In this document: positions 37,761-49,077 of the stretch, piece after piece
Layout: each line of letters opens with the position of its first letter
Numbering within the stretch: position 1 is the stretch's first letter
Notes under the pieces: generated by a model
What the model was told of the DNA's origin: nothing
Seen by the model: the letters and a program-made list of their open reading frames with translations, nothing else
Databases searched by the model: none
Program-made: the position numbers and the translations under genes
Assembly (NCBI GenBank): GCA_002718415.1
Contig: PBEM01000012.1
Coordinates: forward strand, 22,648-86,647
DNA: 64,000 bases
Direction: 5' to 3'
Source of the DNA: Chloroflexota bacterium
GTDB taxonomy: Bacteria; Chloroflexota; Dehalococcoidia; Lucifugimonadales; Lucifugimonadaceae

Positions 37761-38684
37761 ATGTCACTTGAAGAACAAATTAAAAATCAAAGAATTCAAT
37801 CTAAAAATAGTATAGTCACAATTGGTACATTTGACGGAGTACATATTGGACACCAATCTCTTCTGAAATTCCTTAAAGTCACTTCCGAAAAATTTAAATA
37901 TGATCCTATAGTTATTGTTTTTAAAGAGCAACCAAGATCAATAATTCGTAATGATAAATCAAAATTATATCTATCCTCACTTAAAGATAGAGTAAATTTA
38001 ATTTCTAAATTTATTAGTAATGTTGTGACTATAGACTTTAACGAATCTATAAAAAATCTAAAATCTGAAGAATTTATTCATTTATTAAAAAAGCACTATA
38101 ACACCATGTGTATCGTCTCTGGAGAAAACGCCAGAATTGGGAATGATAAAAAATTAATAAAGAATATTAATCCAAAAATTATAAAATCAATAACAACAAA
38201 AATAGAATATAATTCAAATGATATTTTCTCTAGTTCAAATATTCAAAAATATATCGAAAATGGTAATATGATTAAAACCAGTAAACTCTTAGGAAGATAT
38301 TATTCTATCAATGGAAAAGTGATTGAAGGTAAAAAAAGAGGTCATCTTATTGGTTTCCCCACAGCTAATATGTTACCTAACAATAAATTACTGATTCCTA
38401 AAATTGGTATTTACGCTTCAATCACACAAATTAAAGATGAAAAATTTCTTTCTGCTACAAGTATAGGTTTCAATCCTACATTCGAAAATGATGAAAAAAT
38501 AAATATCGAAACTTTTCTAATAGATTTCAATAAAAACATATACGGTGAAAAAATTAAATTATATTTTTTAGAGAAAATTCGTAATGAAATTAAATTTAAT
38601 GATCAAAAAGAATTAATCAAACAAATGAATTTAGATATATCTTATATAAAGAAGAATTTTCTTCAAGATAAGAAAATTCTGTAA
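37761..38684 (+). CDS. ribF: Bifunctional riboflavin kinase / FMN adenylyltransferase
   Basis: 307 aa. GTFDGVHIGH, then GKKRGHLIGFPTAN in the kinase domain. Confidence 0.85.
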   Translation: MSLEEQIKNQRIQSKNSIVTIGTFDGVHIGHQSLLKFLKVTSEKFKYDPIVIVFKEQPRSIIRNDKSKLYLSSLKDRVNLISKFISNVVTIDFNESIKNLKSEEFIHLLKKHYNTMCIVSGENARIGNDKKLIKNINPKIIKSITTKIEYNSNDIFSSSNIQKYIENGNMIKTSKLLGRYYSINGKVIEGKKRGHLIGFPTANMLPNNKLLIPKIGIYASITQIKDEKFLSATSIGFNPTFENDEKINIETFLIDFNKNIYGEKIKLYFLEKIRNEIKFNDQKELIKQMNLDISYIKKNFLQDKKIL

Positions 38685-38721
38685 TAATTAATTACAAAAA
38701 TTTAATTTATCCAACTAAATA

Positions 38722-40020
38722 ATGAATACACAAAATATATTCCAAGAACTTAAATGGAGACAAGTTATATATGACTCAACTCCTAATTGTGAAAGTTTAT
38801 TGAAATTAAAAAACATTTCATGTTATAACGGATTTGATCCAACAGCCCCGAGTCTCCATATAGGTAATCTGATTGCCATAGTTGGATTAATCAGATTTCA
38901 AAAATTTGGACATTCCCCTATTGCTCTAATTGGAGGGACTACAGGAATGATAGGAGATCCATCTGGGAAAAATGAAGAACGAAATTTACTTTCTAAATCT
39001 GATATAGATCATAATGTAGAAGCAATACAACTACAACTTATGAATATTTTAGATACAAAATCAAAAAATAATCCTGTAAAAATAATCAATAATAAAGATT
39101 GGTTAGAAAATATACAACTTGTAGATTTTTTAAGAGATGTAGGAAAATTTTTTTCTGTCAATTCAATGCTTGCAAAAGATTCAGTCAAAGGAAGAATAGA
39201 TAGAGAATCTGGTATATCTTTCACTGAATTTACTTATCAACTTCTTCAAGCATATGATTATTTAAAGTTATTCGAAAAATACAATTGCCAATTACAAACA
39301 GGTGGCAGTGACCAATGGGGGAATATTATTACTGGAATAAATTTAATTTCCAAAGTTTTAGGAAATAAAGAAAAATTAAATCAACCTCATGGAATAGTTT
39401 ACCCGTTACTAACAGATTCATCAGGAGAAAAATTTGGAAAATCTACAGGAGGAAATATTACAATTAACCCTGCCGAAACATCCCCTTATAAATTTTATCA
39501 ATTTTTCTTTAACGTTTCTGACATCGATGTAATTAAATATTTGAAAATTTTTACGAATAAAAATTATAAAGAAATTAAAATATTGGAAAAATCAACATTA
39601 AATGAACCCCAAAAAAGAATTGCACAAAAAGAATTAGCTGCCAATTTGACAACATTAATTCATGGACCAGGCGGGCTAGAAAAAGCAGAAGGAATTACAA
39701 GGGCACTATTCCAAGGTAATTTAATAAATCTAGATTCAAAAGAGATTTTAGATGTACTTGAAGATTCTAATATTACAGAAATTTCTAAAAATGAATTAGA
39801 AGGAGAAGGTGTTAAATATAGTGAACTAGTAGTGAAATCTAAAATGGCTAAATCTCTTAGTGAAGTTAGAAGATTAGTTTCACAAGGTGGGCTATTTCTA
39901 AATGATACAAAGATAGAAAATGCGGATAAATTAGTTACAATTTCTGATTTAATTAAAGGATCAATAATACTCCTCAGACGAGGTAAAAAAAATTATACTA
40001 TCTTAAGAATTATCCGATAA
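38722..40020 (+). CDS. tyrS: Tyrosine--tRNA ligase
   Basis: 432 aa. HIGN (PSLHIGNL), KFGKS (EKFGKSTG) and a C-terminal S4-like domain. Confidence 0.95.
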   Translation: MNTQNIFQELKWRQVIYDSTPNCESLLKLKNISCYNGFDPTAPSLHIGNLIAIVGLIRFQKFGHSPIALIGGTTGMIGDPSGKNEERNLLSKSDIDHNVEAIQLQLMNILDTKSKNNPVKIINNKDWLENIQLVDFLRDVGKFFSVNSMLAKDSVKGRIDRESGISFTEFTYQLLQAYDYLKLFEKYNCQLQTGGSDQWGNIITGINLISKVLGNKEKLNQPHGIVYPLLTDSSGEKFGKSTGGNITINPAETSPYKFYQFFFNVSDIDVIKYLKIFTNKNYKEIKILEKSTLNEPQKRIAQKELAANLTTLIHGPGGLEKAEGITRALFQGNLINLDSKEILDVLEDSNITEISKNELEGEGVKYSELVVKSKMAKSLSEVRRLVSQGGLFLNDTKIENADKLVTISDLIKGSIILLRRGKKNYTILRIIR

Positions 40021-40040
40021 AATTTAAAAGAGGTAAAAAA

Positions 40041-41141
40041 TTGAATCAAAAATCTAATCCAAATTTAAGAATACCAGGCCCTGTCCCTATACCAGAAGAA
40101 ATACTTGATCTAGTTGGGGGGCAAATGATCAATCATCGTGGTCCTGAATATGCAGAAATGTTACATAAAATGACAGACAATCTTAAATCTGTTTTTTTTA
40201 CAAAAAATGATGCCTACTTTATAACCGCATCTGGAACAGGAGCAATGGAATCAGCAATAGCAAACACTATTGAAGAAAATGATAATGTTCTATCAATCAT
40301 AATAGGGGTATTTGGAGAAAGATTTGCAGAAATAGCAGAATCGTATGGAGGAAATGTTACAAGATTAAATTACGATTTAGGAAAAGCAGCAGATTTAGAT
40401 GATATTAGATCCAACATTAGATCTATTAATAATTTAAAGGCTGTGATTTTCACTCATAATGAAAGTTCCACAGGTGTTACAAATAAACTTGAAGAGATTT
40501 GCCAAATTATACATGAAGAATCTGAAGCTTTAATCCTAGTGGACGCTGTTTCAAGCGCAGGGGGAATACCTATATTAGTAGATGAATGGGGGATTGATGT
40601 AGTTGCTACTGCTTCACAAAAAAGCTGGGTTGCCCCGCCTGGTATAGCTATGATTACTGTATCCAAAAAAGCATGGGAAAGAAGTAAGAAAATAAAAACC
40701 CCTAAATATTACTTTGATTTCCAACAATATGAGGATTATTTACAAATAGGACAACCTCCATTCACTCCATCTTTAAGCGTTATGTATGCTTTGGATTTCA
40801 GTCTAGAGAAAATGCTAAATGAAAGTATGATTAAAGTATTTAAAAGACACAAAGATATAGCTGATTACACTCGTAAAAAAGCTAAGGAATTTAATTTAGA
40901 AATACTTCCAGATGAAGATGTTGCATCAAATACAGTAACATCTATAAAATTACCTAAAAATATTGATGGTGTAAAATTTTTATCTGAAGTTAAAAATAAA
41001 TTCAATGTAATTTTAGGAGGAGGTCAAAAATCTTTGACCGGTAAAATTTTTCGTATAGGCCATATGGGCTGGGTCGAAAAAGAAGAAATAGATGAATCTC
41101 TTATTGCATCAAATACAATAATTAGACAAATCACCAAGTAA
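40041..41141 (+). CDS. Class V aminotransferase (serine-glyoxylate / alanine-glyoxylate type)
   Basis: 366 aa. PGPVPIPEEIL N-terminus, and ASQKSW with the PLP Lys. TTG start. Confidence 0.8.
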   Translation: MNQKSNPNLRIPGPVPIPEEILDLVGGQMINHRGPEYAEMLHKMTDNLKSVFFTKNDAYFITASGTGAMESAIANTIEENDNVLSIIIGVFGERFAEIAESYGGNVTRLNYDLGKAADLDDIRSNIRSINNLKAVIFTHNESSTGVTNKLEEICQIIHEESEALILVDAVSSAGGIPILVDEWGIDVVATASQKSWVAPPGIAMITVSKKAWERSKKIKTPKYYFDFQQYEDYLQIGQPPFTPSLSVMYALDFSLEKMLNESMIKVFKRHKDIADYTRKKAKEFNLEILPDEDVASNTVTSIKLPKNIDGVKFLSEVKNKFNVILGGGQKSLTGKIFRIGHMGWVEKEEIDESLIASNTIIRQITK

Positions 41142-41149
41142 AATTAGAC

Positions 41150-42433
41150 TTATAAAAATCCTTTAAGATCCTGCATAACTACACCTGCAGATGTTTTTGG
41201 ATAAAAATTTGTAGCTTTAGGCGGAAGTCTCCAACCTCTAGTTACAATTGACACAAATTCATCCATCTTAATCGGACGCATAATAATACCTATAGAATTG
41301 GGAGAATTATTTACAAGACCAATTAAAGAATTTATATCATGTACTGGATTTATGTAGTTCATTTCAGTAGTTTTATTAAATATTCCTGAAATAATTTCTC
41401 TATGTAACCATGAATGTTCAGATTTATATAAATCATCACCACTTAATTTCTTTTCTTTATTTTTTGCAATAAATAATTTTCTTTGAGATGGAGCATAAAC
41501 CATAAAATGCACTTCTTCATTTTGTCTTTGCCCTAATTCAGAAATAATTTTAGATATATTATTTATATTTAATAAATCCAATGTTTCTATATTACATTTT
41601 TTCTCAATTATATTTAAAACATCATTCGATTGATCTATTGATAGGTTATCTAAAAATCTGTGATAGCCAAGAGTAAGTAATCCTGGTTGATCAATAGATA
41701 TAAGCATCATCATCCTATAATTAAGTGATTCTTCTAATAAAATTTCTCTATTGGATCTTACTCTAGCTCTATACCTTAATGCCGCTTCGTATCTATGGTG
41801 ACCATCAGCTATAAATAATGGTGAATTTCTAAGTGCTGAAGATATAATTTCTATAGTACCCTTATCTAATACTTTCCATAATTTAACATAAGGTAGATCT
41901 TCTGAATGATAAATCGTATCTGGTTCACCTCCAGAAACAGCTCTTATAACTGCTCCAATAGTGTTTCTTAAATCATCTCTAAAAAGTACTAATAGAGGAC
42001 TGTAGTTCGATTTTCCTACATCCATTAATTTAACTCTTTCTTCAACCCATTCAGACCGAACATTCTCATGAGGAAAAATAATTTTAGAATCATATTCCTC
42101 CAATCGTACAGCTGATATTATTCCTCTTCTAACTACATTCGTTCCTGAAAAATCAAACGATTCCTCTGTTATATATAATGCTGGTTCTTTATCTCTAATT
42201 AATATATTCGATTTAAACCAATCAGACTGTGTTTCAGCTACTTGAAGAAAAGATCTGTCAGATTTATTTCTCCTAGCTATTTCAAGTCTTACTATATTAT
42301 AGTCAGAACGTTTTTGTAAACTTTCATTTAATTCTGGAGTGATTGCATCAAAAGGTGGCGAAATATTCAATCCAGGATTTTTTATAATTTTATTATTAAA
42401 TCTTATACCTCTAAAGGGTTTTATAATTGCCAT
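41150..42433 (-). CDS. DUF1015 family protein
   Basis: 427 aa. IKPFRGIRF N-terminus and FIADGHHRYEAAL, which I recall as typical of DUF1015. Confidence 0.7.
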   Translation of the reverse strand: MAIIKPFRGIRFNNKIIKNPGLNISPPFDAITPELNESLQKRSDYNIVRLEIARRNKSDRSFLQVAETQSDWFKSNILIRDKEPALYITEESFDFSGTNVVRRGIISAVRLEEYDSKIIFPHENVRSEWVEERVKLMDVGKSNYSPLLVLFRDDLRNTIGAVIRAVSGGEPDTIYHSEDLPYVKLWKVLDKGTIEIISSALRNSPLFIADGHHRYEAALRYRARVRSNREILLEESLNYRMMMLISIDQPGLLTLGYHRFLDNLSIDQSNDVLNIIEKKCNIETLDLLNINNISKIISELGQRQNEEVHFMVYAPSQRKLFIAKNKEKKLSGDDLYKSEHSWLHREIISGIFNKTTEMNYINPVHDINSLIGLVNNSPNSIGIIMRPIKMDEFVSIVTRGWRLPPKATNFYPKTSAGVVMQDLKGFL

Positions 42434-42562
42434 TTAAGTTCCATATTTTATTTAGGTATAAATTAAGTATATATTTCTTTTGTATGATAAATATATATTA
42501 GTTGTAAATATTAGATTTTGATACATTATCTAAAAGCAGATTTATTAATAAAATAAGTGTAT

Positions 42563-44584
42563 ATGAATAAAAACATTTCTAAAAGTGAATATATAAATCT
42601 ATGTAAAGAAATCAATCATGCTAATTATATGTACTATGTGCAAAGTAATCCTATTATGTCCGATTTTGAATTCGATTCTAAATTTAGAGAGTTACAAATC
42701 ATAGAAAATAATTATCCGAAATTTAAAAATTCTCTTTCTCCATCATTAAGGGTAGGTTCCCCCCCTTCAAAAGAATTTTCTCAAATACAACATATCAAAC
42801 CTATGACTAGTCTTGCTAATGCATTGAACAAAGATGAATTAATTAACTGGTATGAAAAAACATCCGAACTTTTAAATAATAAAAATTTAGAAGTAATTTG
42901 TGAATTGAAAATTGATGGACTAGCAGTCTCTTTAGTATATATAAATGGAATTTTAGATAGAGCAGGAACAAGAGGTGACGGTGCAATAGGAGAAGATATT
43001 ACAAACAATATTCGAACAATAAAAACTGTACCATTAGAATTAAAATACGATACTCAAATACCTAATTTAATAGAACTAAGAGGAGAAGTCTTTTTTCCAA
43101 AAAACCAATTCCATAAAATAAATGATGAAAGAATACAATCAGGTTTAGAGCCATATGTATCTACTAGAAATTCGGCTTCAGGTTCTCTTAGGCAACTTGA
43201 TTCATCTGAAACAGCAAAAAGACCTTTGGATATTTTTTTCTACTCCCTTGGGGAATCAAGTATAAAGAATTTATATACACATAATGAAACTTTACAAAAA
43301 ATACAATCTTTTGGAGGCAAAATAAATTCGTGGACTAGAAATGCATCAAATATTAATCAGATATTTGATGCTATTAAAGATGCTGGGAATATCCGTTCAA
43401 AAATAAATTATGAAATTGATGGAGTAGTAATAAAAGTAAATAACTTAGAATTTCAGAATTATTTAGGAATTAGTGGTAGAGATCCTAGATGGGCTATAGC
43501 ATATAAATTTCCTCCTGAAAAAAATATCACCATTCTAAAAAAAATTCATATCAATGTAGGTAGAACTGGAGCATTAACACCTTGGGCAGAATTAAAGCCT
43601 GTAATTATAGGAGGAGTCACAATTAAAAAAGCTACTTTACATAACAGTGATGAAATTAAACGTAAAGATCTTAGGGAAGGTGATAAAGTGATTGTACAAA
43701 GAGCTGGAGATGTAATCCCCCAAGTGGTGGGAGTAGTTGAAAGAAAAATCAATCTTCCGAAATTTGAATTCCCTAAGTATTGTCCTGACTGTAATTCAGA
43801 TGTAGTAAAACTAGATAAAGATGCTATTTCAAGATGTATAAATATTAAGTGTCCTACTCAATTTGAAAGACTTTTACAACACTATGCTTCAAAAACAGCA
43901 ATGAATATAGAAACTTTAGGTGAGAGTTTGTCACAAACTTTATCTAGGTCAGGATTAATTAAAAATTTGTCAGATATATATCTTCTTGATCAAAAAGTTC
44001 AAGAATTACTTGCATTGGAAAATATGGGATCAAAAAAGATTGATAATTTATTTAAATCTATAGAGGAATCAAAAAATAGAGATTTTTTTAGATTAATATT
44101 CGCTTTAGGCATACCAAATATCGGTATTGAAACAGCAAAATGGGTAGCGAACAAATTTAATAATTTTTCTGAAATCACATCTGCTCCTCTAGAAGAATTT
44201 ACAAACATTAAAGGTATCGGAGAAATAACAGGAACTATTATTTTTCGATGGTTTAGAGTCGAAGAAAATCTAAAGTTAATTAATAATCTACAATCTTTAG
44301 GTATAAATTCTGAAAATAATTTAAAAAATGAAAAGACATTTGAATTAGAAAATCTTACATTTGTAATTACAGGTCGCTTAAATAATATTACTAGAATAAA
44401 AGCTAAAAATATTATAGAAAAATTTGGTGGGCAAACATCAAATTCTGTTAGTAAAAATACTAATTTTCTTGTGTCAGGGAAGGATCCTGGATCAAAATTA
44501 ACTATAGCTAGGACTTTAAATATACCTATCCTATCTGAACAAGAATTTCTTCAATTTCTCGATGATCACCATATAAAAGAGTGA
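42563..44584 (+). CDS. ligA: NAD-dependent DNA ligase
   Basis: CELKIDGLAVSL (KxDG adenylation site), an OB fold, a Cys4 zinc finger (CPDCNS...CINIKC), HhH repeats and a BRCT domain. ATG 42563 is preferred over GTG 42557. Confidence 0.95.
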   Translation: MNKNISKSEYINLCKEINHANYMYYVQSNPIMSDFEFDSKFRELQIIENNYPKFKNSLSPSLRVGSPPSKEFSQIQHIKPMTSLANALNKDELINWYEKTSELLNNKNLEVICELKIDGLAVSLVYINGILDRAGTRGDGAIGEDITNNIRTIKTVPLELKYDTQIPNLIELRGEVFFPKNQFHKINDERIQSGLEPYVSTRNSASGSLRQLDSSETAKRPLDIFFYSLGESSIKNLYTHNETLQKIQSFGGKINSWTRNASNINQIFDAIKDAGNIRSKINYEIDGVVIKVNNLEFQNYLGISGRDPRWAIAYKFPPEKNITILKKIHINVGRTGALTPWAELKPVIIGGVTIKKATLHNSDEIKRKDLREGDKVIVQRAGDVIPQVVGVVERKINLPKFEFPKYCPDCNSDVVKLDKDAISRCINIKCPTQFERLLQHYASKTAMNIETLGESLSQTLSRSGLIKNLSDIYLLDQKVQELLALENMGSKKIDNLFKSIEESKNRDFFRLIFALGIPNIGIETAKWVANKFNNFSEITSAPLEEFTNIKGIGEITGTIIFRWFRVEENLKLINNLQSLGINSENNLKNEKTFELENLTFVITGRLNNITRIKAKNIIEKFGGQTSNSVSKNTNFLVSGKDPGSKLTIARTLNIPILSEQEFLQFLDDHHIKE

Positions 44585-44588
44585 AATT

Positions 44589-45167
44589 TTGAACACTTCA
44601 TTAATAGATTACATGATAATAGGTCTAGGTAATCCAGGAAATACATACGATGATACTCGCCATAATATTGGATGGACATGCACTGAAAAAATCATAGCTA
44701 AATATGGAACTAAAAAATATAAAAATAAATTAGCTTTTTATTCAGAAGCTGAAATATCTGGAAAAAAAATATTACTAGTAATACCACTCACCTATATTAA
44801 TAGGTCTGGTTACGCAGTGGATTTACTTAAATCTGAATTCTCAATTCAAACAAAAAACATAATTGTTATTACTGATGATATAAGATTAAGAGTCGGTAGA
44901 ATTAAAATAAAATCATCTGGAGGTGACGGAGGACATAATGGAATAAAATCTATAATTTCCGCCTTAGGATCACAAAAATTTATGAGAATACGAATAGGAG
45001 TAGGTGAACCAAAAAATCAAAAAGAACACGTAAATTATGTACTATCAAAAATCCCAAAAGAAGAAAAAATTATCCTAAATGAAAGTATTGAAGATTCTAT
45101 TAAAGCTATTGAATTACTATTAGAATCAGGTATAGAAAAATCTATGAATAAATATAACGGTAAATAA
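44589..45167 (+). CDS. pth: Peptidyl-tRNA hydrolase
   Basis: 192 aa. IIGLGNPG, TRHNIG and GGHNGIKS. TTG start. Confidence 0.9.
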   Translation: MNTSLIDYMIIGLGNPGNTYDDTRHNIGWTCTEKIIAKYGTKKYKNKLAFYSEAEISGKKILLVIPLTYINRSGYAVDLLKSEFSIQTKNIIVITDDIRLRVGRIKIKSSGGDGGHNGIKSIISALGSQKFMRIRIGVGEPKNQKEHVNYVLSKIPKEEKIILNESIEDSIKAIELLLESGIEKSMNKYNGK

Positions 45168-45169
45168 GT

Positions 45170-46435
45170 TTATTTTTTAGGAATCTTATCCCAGCCAGTA
45201 TATTTTACTAAAACACTTGGTATAGATATAGATCCATCTTCTTCTAACCCATTTTCAAGAATAGAAATTATTATCCTAGGCAACGCTAAACCTGAGCCAT
45301 TCAATGTAAAAGGAAATTCAGTACCAGAGCCTTTATCAGGTCTATATCTAGTGTTATTTCTTCGTGATTGAAATTCTTTACACGTAGATATTGAACTAAC
45401 TTCAAGCCATTCTTTTGAACCAGGTGCCCATACCTCAATATCATATGTTTCAGCAGATTGGAATCCTAGATCTCCTGTACAAAGCTTAATTATCCTATAT
45501 GTAAGCCCTAATTCTTTACATAAATAAGTTGCCTCTTCCAGCATTTCTTCCAAAGCTATCTTATCTTTATCTTTTTCTACAAACCTAAACATCTCTACCT
45601 TTTCAAATTGGTGCACCCTTTTAATACCTCTAACATCTCTTCCTGCTGCGGTATGTTCTTTTCTAAAGCTTGGTGTTCTAGCAACATACTTCAACGGCAA
45701 CATAAATGGAGAAATAATTTCATTTCTATGAAGAGAATTAAGGGCAACTTCTGCCGTGGGGATTAACCATAAATCAGTTTCATGATCATGATATAAATTA
45801 TCTTCAAATTTTGGTAAATTACCTGATCCAATCATAGTTTCACGTTTGACTAAATATGGTGGATCTATCTCAATATATCCATGCCTATCAACATGTGTAT
45901 CAAGCATCCAAGAACTAATAGATCTCTGTAATTTTGCTCCATAACCCTTTAAAACATAAAATCTAGATCCAGACATACCTGCAGCTGCAGGTAAGTCTAT
46001 TATTCCTAAATCTGAACCTATTTCCCAATGAGGCTTAGAATGTTTATAGATTTGTGCTTCACCAAATCTTTTAACTTCTATATTTTGTGAATCATCATTT
46101 CCATAAGGAACATCATCTGAGGGAATATTAGGTATTGTCAATAAATAATTATTAATATTTTCTTGAATTTCATTTAATGAATTATCTAAAATTTTAATCT
46201 TCTCTCCTATATTACGCATCTCAACTATTTCTTCTTGGAATGGTTTCCTTTTTTCATCTCCAATTTTTTTACTAACATAATTTCTGTGTTGTTTATAATT
46301 GTCAGATTTTGTTATTAGTTCTTTTCTATCTTTACTAAAAGAACTGATTAGATCTAAATCTAGATTAAAATTCTTTCTTAATAATAATTTTTTATACCGG
46401 TCTGGATATGAATTTAGTTGTTCTAATGAAATCAT
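45170..46435 (-). CDS. serS: Serine--tRNA ligase
   Basis: 421 aa with an N-terminal coiled-coil arm. Class II core: FRKEHTAAGRDVRGIKRVHQFEKVE and LNGSGLALPR. Confidence 0.95.
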   Translation of the reverse strand: MISLEQLNSYPDRYKKLLLRKNFNLDLDLISSFSKDRKELITKSDNYKQHRNYVSKKIGDEKRKPFQEEIVEMRNIGEKIKILDNSLNEIQENINNYLLTIPNIPSDDVPYGNDDSQNIEVKRFGEAQIYKHSKPHWEIGSDLGIIDLPAAAGMSGSRFYVLKGYGAKLQRSISSWMLDTHVDRHGYIEIDPPYLVKRETMIGSGNLPKFEDNLYHDHETDLWLIPTAEVALNSLHRNEIISPFMLPLKYVARTPSFRKEHTAAGRDVRGIKRVHQFEKVEMFRFVEKDKDKIALEEMLEEATYLCKELGLTYRIIKLCTGDLGFQSAETYDIEVWAPGSKEWLEVSSISTCKEFQSRRNNTRYRPDKGSGTEFPFTLNGSGLALPRIIISILENGLEEDGSISIPSVLVKYTGWDKIPKK

Positions 46436-46438
46436 TTA

Positions 46439-47956
46439 TCAATTTCTCAACTGAGGAAAAAGTAATACTTCTCTAATTGATTCTTCTCCACAAATTAACA
46501 TAACTAAACGATCAATTCCTATCCCTAAACCTCCTGTTGGAGGCATCCCATGTTCTATTGAAATTAAAAAATCTTCGTCAAGTCTATCTGCTTCATCATC
46601 TCCAAATTCAATTCTATTTTTTTCCTGATCCTCAAATCTTTTTCTCTGGTCAATAGGATCATTTAATTCTGTAAAAGCATTCGCTAATTCTGAACCTAGT
46701 ACAAAGGCTTCAAATCTTTCAACAATACCATCTTCACCTTTTTTTCTTTTTGCTAATGGCGACATCTCAACTGGGTAATCTATTAAAAAACTTGGTTGAA
46801 TTAGACTTCCTTCAATTTTTTCAGAGATAACTTTATCTAATAATCTCGCCCAACTAGCTTTAGGTTCTACATGAATATTCATATCTACCATCTTAGATTT
46901 TATAAAATTCAAATCTCTATTCTCAAAAAAATCAGTACCTGTATTTTTTATTAAAATTTCCCTCAAATTTAGTCTAGGCCATGGAGGAGTTAAATTTATT
47001 TCAGGTCTCACTCCTTCTATTTCAGGAAGAATATAAGAACCAGTAATTTGTTTAGCTACATAAGAAACTAATTCTTCAACCATTTCCATAACTTCGTTAT
47101 AACCTACAAAAGATTCATAACTTTCCATTGTTGTAAACTCTGGATTATGATAATGATCGATACCTTCATTTCTAAATAACCTCCCAATTTCAAAAACTTT
47201 TTCTATTCCTCCTACTATTAATTTTTTTAAATAAAGTTCGGTAGCAATTCTCAAGTATAAATTCCTATCCAAAGAATTATGAAAAGTCTGAAATGGTCTT
47301 GCTTGGGCCCCTGCCGCTACAGGAACTAATATTGGAGTTTCTACCTCAATAAAACCTCTTTTACTCATAAATTCTCTGATAGATTTAATAATTTCGGGCC
47401 TGATGATAGCATTAGAATAAGCTTTTTGATTAGAAATTAAATCAAGATATCTTTGCCTATACCTCATTTCTATATCCTTAAGACCAGACCATTTATCAGG
47501 AAGGGGCCTGATAGATTTTGTCAATAAAATCAAATCTTTTAATTGAACACTAATTTCTCCTCTACGAGTCCTTCCAATCGGACCTGTAACACCTACAATA
47601 TCGCCTATATCTAAATACTGAAATATTTCATATTTTTCACCAAGGTTATTCTCTCTTCCAAAACATTGAATCTTCCCACTTTTATCTTGTATATCAAAAA
47701 ATGTAGCTTTACCCATAATTCTTAATGACATTACCCTACCTGATAAAACAAAATTTTCAGTTTCGACATTAATACTAGAAGATTCATCTTCTAATTTAGT
47801 ATAAGTATTCTTAGCCTCAGAAATTATATTTTCACGCCTAAACCCAGAAGGATACGGATCTACACCTTTAGATCGTAAAATTTCAATTTTTTTGATACGA
47901 TCATTAATAATTCGATTAGATCCAGATATTTCAGTTTTTTTTATATTTTCTTCCAT
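46439..47956 (-). CDS. lysS: Lysine--tRNA ligase, class II
   Basis: 505 aa with an OB fold. LFRNEGIDHYHNPEFTTME and GGLGIGIDRLVMLI. Confidence 0.95.
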   Translation of the reverse strand: MEENIKKTEISGSNRIINDRIKKIEILRSKGVDPYPSGFRRENIISEAKNTYTKLEDESSSINVETENFVLSGRVMSLRIMGKATFFDIQDKSGKIQCFGRENNLGEKYEIFQYLDIGDIVGVTGPIGRTRRGEISVQLKDLILLTKSIRPLPDKWSGLKDIEMRYRQRYLDLISNQKAYSNAIIRPEIIKSIREFMSKRGFIEVETPILVPVAAGAQARPFQTFHNSLDRNLYLRIATELYLKKLIVGGIEKVFEIGRLFRNEGIDHYHNPEFTTMESYESFVGYNEVMEMVEELVSYVAKQITGSYILPEIEGVRPEINLTPPWPRLNLREILIKNTGTDFFENRDLNFIKSKMVDMNIHVEPKASWARLLDKVISEKIEGSLIQPSFLIDYPVEMSPLAKRKKGEDGIVERFEAFVLGSELANAFTELNDPIDQRKRFEDQEKNRIEFGDDEADRLDEDFLISIEHGMPPTGGLGIGIDRLVMLICGEESIREVLLFPQLRN

Positions 47957-48050
47957 AATTAAAAATTATTACGACATTGATTAAGGTCATAATTTATACT
48001 AACAATTATTATCATTTAACGCATATTTCGAAAGTAATAAAAAAAATAAT

Positions 48051-48563
48051 ATGTCAAAAGAATTAAGACCAACAAGTTCAAAAGTATTATCTGCTATTTT
48101 CTCGATAATTGGGCAAAATGGTTTAATCGATAAAAAAATTATTGATATGTTTGCTGGAACTGGAAATTTTGGTATCTCTAGTATTAAAAGAGGTGCTTCA
48201 GAGGTTTCTTTTTTAGAAATCAATTACAAAAGATGTAGTGAAATATCAAAAAAATTACAAAAATTACAAGATAATGGGAAATTTCACGTAATAAGAGGGG
48301 ATATCCCTAAGACAATTCCAAAAATTACTCATCAAGCAGATTTTATATTCATTGATCCACCATACTCTCATATTTTGTTCGAAAAAATAATGAAGAGTTT
48401 ACTGGAAAATAATATACTAATCTCAACAAGTATAATTATTATTGAACATTCTAATAAAATTACTTTACCAGATAATTACCCTGGCTTAATCCTTAGGAGT
48501 AGAAAAAGATATGGGGATTCAGCATTAACACTTTTTCAGAGTGATGAAAAATATATATCATGA
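48051..48563 (+). CDS. rsmD: 16S rRNA m2G966 methyltransferase RsmD-like (short N-terminus)
   Basis: 170 aa. LRPTSSKV, DMFAGTGNFG and FIDPPY. The upstream frame is closed by TAA 48000 and does not encode the usual N-terminal hairpin. Confidence 0.75.
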   Translation: MSKELRPTSSKVLSAIFSIIGQNGLIDKKIIDMFAGTGNFGISSIKRGASEVSFLEINYKRCSEISKKLQKLQDNGKFHVIRGDIPKTIPKITHQADFIFIDPPYSHILFEKIMKSLLENNILISTSIIIIEHSNKITLPDNYPGLILRSRKRYGDSALTLFQSDEKYIS

Positions 48564-49042
48564 ATGCAATTTATCCTGGAACATTTGACCCTGTTACTAA
48601 TGGTCATATAGATATAGCTCAAAGAGCTGCAAAAATGTTTTCTAACTTAACCATAGCGGTAATTAAAAATCCTAACAAAAGCACTTTATTTAATTCACAA
48701 GAAAGAGTTAAAATGATAGTTGAATCAACGAAGCACATAAAAAATATAAATGTTGTTGAATATTCAGGATTAACAGTTAAATTTGCAAAAGAAAACAATT
48801 CTGAAATTATTGTTAGAGGCTTAAGAATCACAAGTGATTACGAGTATGAAAGTGAGATGGCTTTAGTTAATAGAGGTATGGAAGAATCAATTGAAACAAT
48901 ATGTTTATTTAGCTCATTGGAAAATCAAATTTTAAGTTCTTCAAGGGTCAAAGAAATAGCATCTTTAGGAGCAGATATAACTAAACTTGTACCAAATAAT
49001 GTATCAAGACCTTTGTTATCAAAATTAAAAAATAAACTATAA
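48560..49042 (+). CDS. coaD: Phosphopantetheine adenylyltransferase
   Basis: 160 aa. YPGTFDPVTNGH. There is a 4-nt ATGA overlap with rsmD. Confidence 0.9.
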   Translation: MNAIYPGTFDPVTNGHIDIAQRAAKMFSNLTIAVIKNPNKSTLFNSQERVKMIVESTKHIKNINVVEYSGLTVKFAKENNSEIIVRGLRITSDYEYESEMALVNRGMEESIETICLFSSLENQILSSSRVKEIASLGADITKLVPNNVSRPLLSKLKNKL

Positions 49043-49077
49043 TCTAAAATATAAAAAAAAATAGAAAGGTGTATTTT

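Noticed and set aside
47957-48050. T-box or L-box leaders upstream of the aminoacyl-tRNA synthetase genes lysS-serS, tyrS (38685-38721) and aspS.
   Set aside because: The leaders are only 37-94 nt or absent, far shorter than a T-box (about 200 nt or more). No specifier-loop or antiterminator-like sequence is visible.
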